This document shows, piece by piece, positions 34,305-35,933 of a stretch of 35,933 bases of DNA; positions within the stretch are counted from its first letter, which is position 1; the number at the start of each line of letters is the position of its first letter. The position numbers and the translations under genes were made by a program. The DNA comes from an uncultured Bacilli bacterium (GTDB taxonomy: Bacteria; Bacillota_I; Bacilli_A; RF39; UBA660), in contig CANRHO010000002.1 of the NCBI GenBank assembly GCA_947630435.1, positions 1 through 35,933 of the forward strand. The letters run 5' to 3'. The notes beneath the pieces are model-generated. The model searched no databases, was not told the DNA's origin, and saw nothing but the letters and a program-made list of their open reading frames with translations.

Positions 34305-34937
34305 ATGTCAGAAAGAAAAGAATATAATGATTATGGGGATGATGCCGAACTTTTATATTTGATATCTGATAATAATGAAGAGGCAAACGAAATTATTTGT
34401 AAAAAATATGAACCCGTAATATCTTATTACGCTAAGAAAAATTGTGCTTTTGTGGAGGGTAAAGGCCTTGATTATAATGATTTATACCAAGAAGGACTAA
34501 TTGGACTTTTAAATGCTATAGAAAATTTTAAAGAACAAAAAGATATAAAATTTTCTACTTTTGCATTTTTATGTATTAATAGAAAAATAATAACAGCGGT
34601 AAAAAACGCCAATAGAAAAAAACATAGTGTTTTAAATGAATCATATTCGTTAGATTATAAGAGAAACGAAGAGGATCAAAGAGGGTTGGATAACGTGTTA
34701 TCTGACAATGTAGGTGGTTTAGAGGATTTGCTAGTTAGTAAGGAAGACAATGAGTTTTTTAATAAGAGATTAAATGAGGAGTTAACGGATTTTGAAAGAA
34801 TGGTATATGATCTTAGAATAAATAATTTTAGTTATGAGGAAATAGCCCAAACTTTACAAAAGACCCAAAAATCAATTTCTGGGGCTTTAGAAAGAATAAG
34901 ATTAAAATTAAAAAAAATTTTAAACGAAATAAATTGA
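34305..34937 (+). CDS. sigH: RNA polymerase sigma factor SigH-like (sigma-70 family)
   Basis: LYQEGLIGLLNAIENFKEQKDIKFSTFAFLCINRKIITAVKNANRKKH closely parallels B. subtilis SigH region 2 (QEGMIGLYKSIRDFKEDKLTSFKAFAELCITRQIITAIKTATRQKH). The position before secE and nusG is conserved. Confidence 0.85.
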   Translation: MSERKEYNDYGDDAELLYLISDNNEEANEIICKKYEPVISYYAKKNCAFVEGKGLDYNDLYQEGLIGLLNAIENFKEQKDIKFSTFAFLCINRKIITAVKNANRKKHSVLNESYSLDYKRNEEDQRGLDNVLSDNVGGLEDLLVSKEDNEFFNKRLNEELTDFERMVYDLRINNFSYEEIAQTLQKTQKSISGALERIRLKLKKILNEIN

Positions 34938-34972
34938 CTATTTATATTATTTGTGCTAATATCTAGTTAGTT

Positions 34973-34998
34973 AGCACTTAAAAAGTGTTTTTATTTTG
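34973..34998 (+). terminator. Putative terminator after sigH
   Basis: Stem AGCACTT/AAGTGTT (34973-34979 pairing with 34983-34989, one G-U pair), followed by TTTTTATTTT. Confidence 0.45.
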
Positions 34999-35015
34999 GA
35001 TTAATAGGAGATTAT

Positions 35016-35237
35016 ATGGCTAAAGAAAGAAAAAACAAAAAAGGAAAACTAACTTTTTTAAAAGATTTTTTTATAGATGTAAAAAAAGAATCAAAAAAAG
35101 TAATATGGACATCAAAGAAAAGCTTACTTAAATATTCAATCGCGACTTTAGTATTTATGTTATTTATCTGTTTATTTTTTGTTGGGACGGATTTAATAAT
35201 TGCATTATTATCTTATGTAAAGGAGTTAATTGGTTAA
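35016..35237 (+). CDS. secE: Preprotein translocase subunit SecE
   Basis: 73 aa with a basic N-terminus and a single C-terminal TM (SIATLVFMLFICLFFVGTDLII), immediately before nusG. Confidence 0.85.
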   Translation: MAKERKNKKGKLTFLKDFFIDVKKESKKVIWTSKKSLLKYSIATLVFMLFICLFFVGTDLIIALLSYVKELIG

Positions 35238-35238
35238 T

Positions 35239-35775
35239 ATGGAAGAAAAAAAATGGTATGTTGTAAACACATATTCTGGGCATGAAGCTAAAGTAAAAGA
35301 AAAACTAGATATGAGGATAAATTCTATGGATATGCAAGAAAACATCTTTAGAGTAATTGTTCCAGAAAGAAAAGAAGTAGAAATAAAAGATGGTAAGAAA
35401 AAAGAAAAAATAAAAAAGTTGTTTCCAGGTTATGTTTTAGTTGAGATGATTATGTCCGATGAATCTTGGTATATCGTACGTAACACACCTGGAGTAACTG
35501 GTTTTTTAGGATCATCAGGTAAGGGTGCTAAACCAGTGCCATTATATGATGAAGAAGTAGAAAGAATATTTAAGGAAATCGGTTATAAGGGTGAAAATGT
35601 TGTTGTTAATTATGAAGTTGGGGATAAAGTTAAGATAATTGATGGGCCATTTAAAATGTTGGCTGGTAAAATTATTGATCTTAATAAAGATGAAGGTAGT
35701 GCTACCGTCGCAATTGATTTATTTGGTCAAGAAACTAACGTTGAATTAGAATTGACACAATTTACAAAAGAATAA
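35239..35775 (+). CDS. nusG: Transcription termination/antitermination factor NusG
   Basis: MEEKKWYVVNTYSGHEAKVKE... is the NGN domain and the C-terminus is a KOW domain (GDKVKIIDGPFKMLAGKI). Confidence 0.95.
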   Translation: MEEKKWYVVNTYSGHEAKVKEKLDMRINSMDMQENIFRVIVPERKEVEIKDGKKKEKIKKLFPGYVLVEMIMSDESWYIVRNTPGVTGFLGSSGKGAKPVPLYDEEVERIFKEIGYKGENVVVNYEVGDKVKIIDGPFKMLAGKIIDLNKDEGSATVAIDLFGQETNVELELTQFTKE

Positions 35776-35790
35776 TTAATAAAAAATAAC

Positions 35791-35820
35791 TTGCTTTTAT
35801 CATATATGCTGTGATAAAAT
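35791..35820 (+). promoter_or_regulatory. Putative extended -10 sigma-A promoter for the downstream (presumably rplK) operon
   Basis: TTGCTT (35791-35796), an 18-nt spacer, then TGaTAAAAT (35812-35820). A GGAGG RBS at the window end (35925-35929) implies a gene starting just beyond 35933. Confidence 0.4.
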
Positions 35821-35933
35821 AATACTCGCAGCTATATATTTTATATAGATGATGAAAGAAAATAAGTGGAAGGCGCGGATTAGAAAAATAAAGCTATTTT
35901 ACCACTCGCGAAAAAATAATTTATAGGAGGTGT

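Noticed and set aside
34938-35015. An rpmG (L33) gene upstream of secE, as in Bacillus.
   Set aside because: The spacer is only 78 nt and contains hairpins but no ORF of adequate length.
1-35933. Mollicutes-type genetic code (TGA read as Trp), suggested by the very low GC content and the minimal SRP RNA.
   Set aside because: Conserved Trp positions are encoded by TGG, and tadA terminates at a TGA (11676-11678) at the expected protein length. The standard bacterial code fits every gene.
1-35933. CRISPR arrays, tRNA or rRNA genes, prophage, transposon or defence-system genes.
   Set aside because: I found no regularly spaced direct repeats and no cloverleaf-like or rRNA-like GC-rich segments. 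The only GC-rich island is the SRP RNA. There are no integrase, transposase, nuclease-helicase or toxin-antitoxin-like ORFs. Apart from the adhesin operon, essentially all the coding capacity is accounted for by conserved housekeeping or sporulation genes; only the small hypothetical ORF at 21553-21735 and the weakly assigned 3D-domain gene are less certain.

Overview
This window is the replication-origin region of a very AT-rich, standard-code Firmicute (Trp is TGG; TGA ends tadA). yidC, rnpA and rpmH lie on the minus strand to the left. A bipartite oriC with DnaA-box clusters flanks dnaA. Every supported gene to the right of it is on the plus strand. In order these are dnaA, dnaN, a ComK-family gene, recF, gyrB, gyrA, a small SRP RNA, tadA, dnaX, ybaB, recR, a bofA-like gene, holB, ricT, a methyltransferase, pth, mfd, spoVT, tatD, a 3D-domain protein, rsmA, yabG, veg, two very large surface-protein genes, spoVG, yabP, yabQ, divIC, mrnC, rlmB, sigH, secE and nusG. 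This resembles a strongly compacted version of the Bacillus subtilis origin-proximal region and keeps several sporulation-associated genes. I see no CRISPR array, transposase, integrase, tRNA or rRNA gene, and no recognisable defence system. Five things seem most worth following up. (1) Five perfect 16-bp parS palindromes (TGTTTCACGTGAAACA) fall within 1.85 kb around the SRP RNA gene, tadA and dnaX, one of them inside the dnaX coding sequence. (2) dnaX has an in-frame A AAA AAA heptamer at the domain III/linker boundary, with a stop two codons away in the -1 frame. (3) The SRP RNA is a minimal ~70-nt form in a genome carrying sporulation genes. (4) A ComK-family gene, preceded by a perfect DnaA box, sits where the yaaA-type gene sits in B. 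subtilis. (5) A 6.7-kb two-gene adhesin locus is inserted between veg and spoVG: a large N-terminally anchored protein plus a thioester-motif protein without LPXTG. All functional calls come from reading the translated ORFs and motifs by eye. No searches were run.
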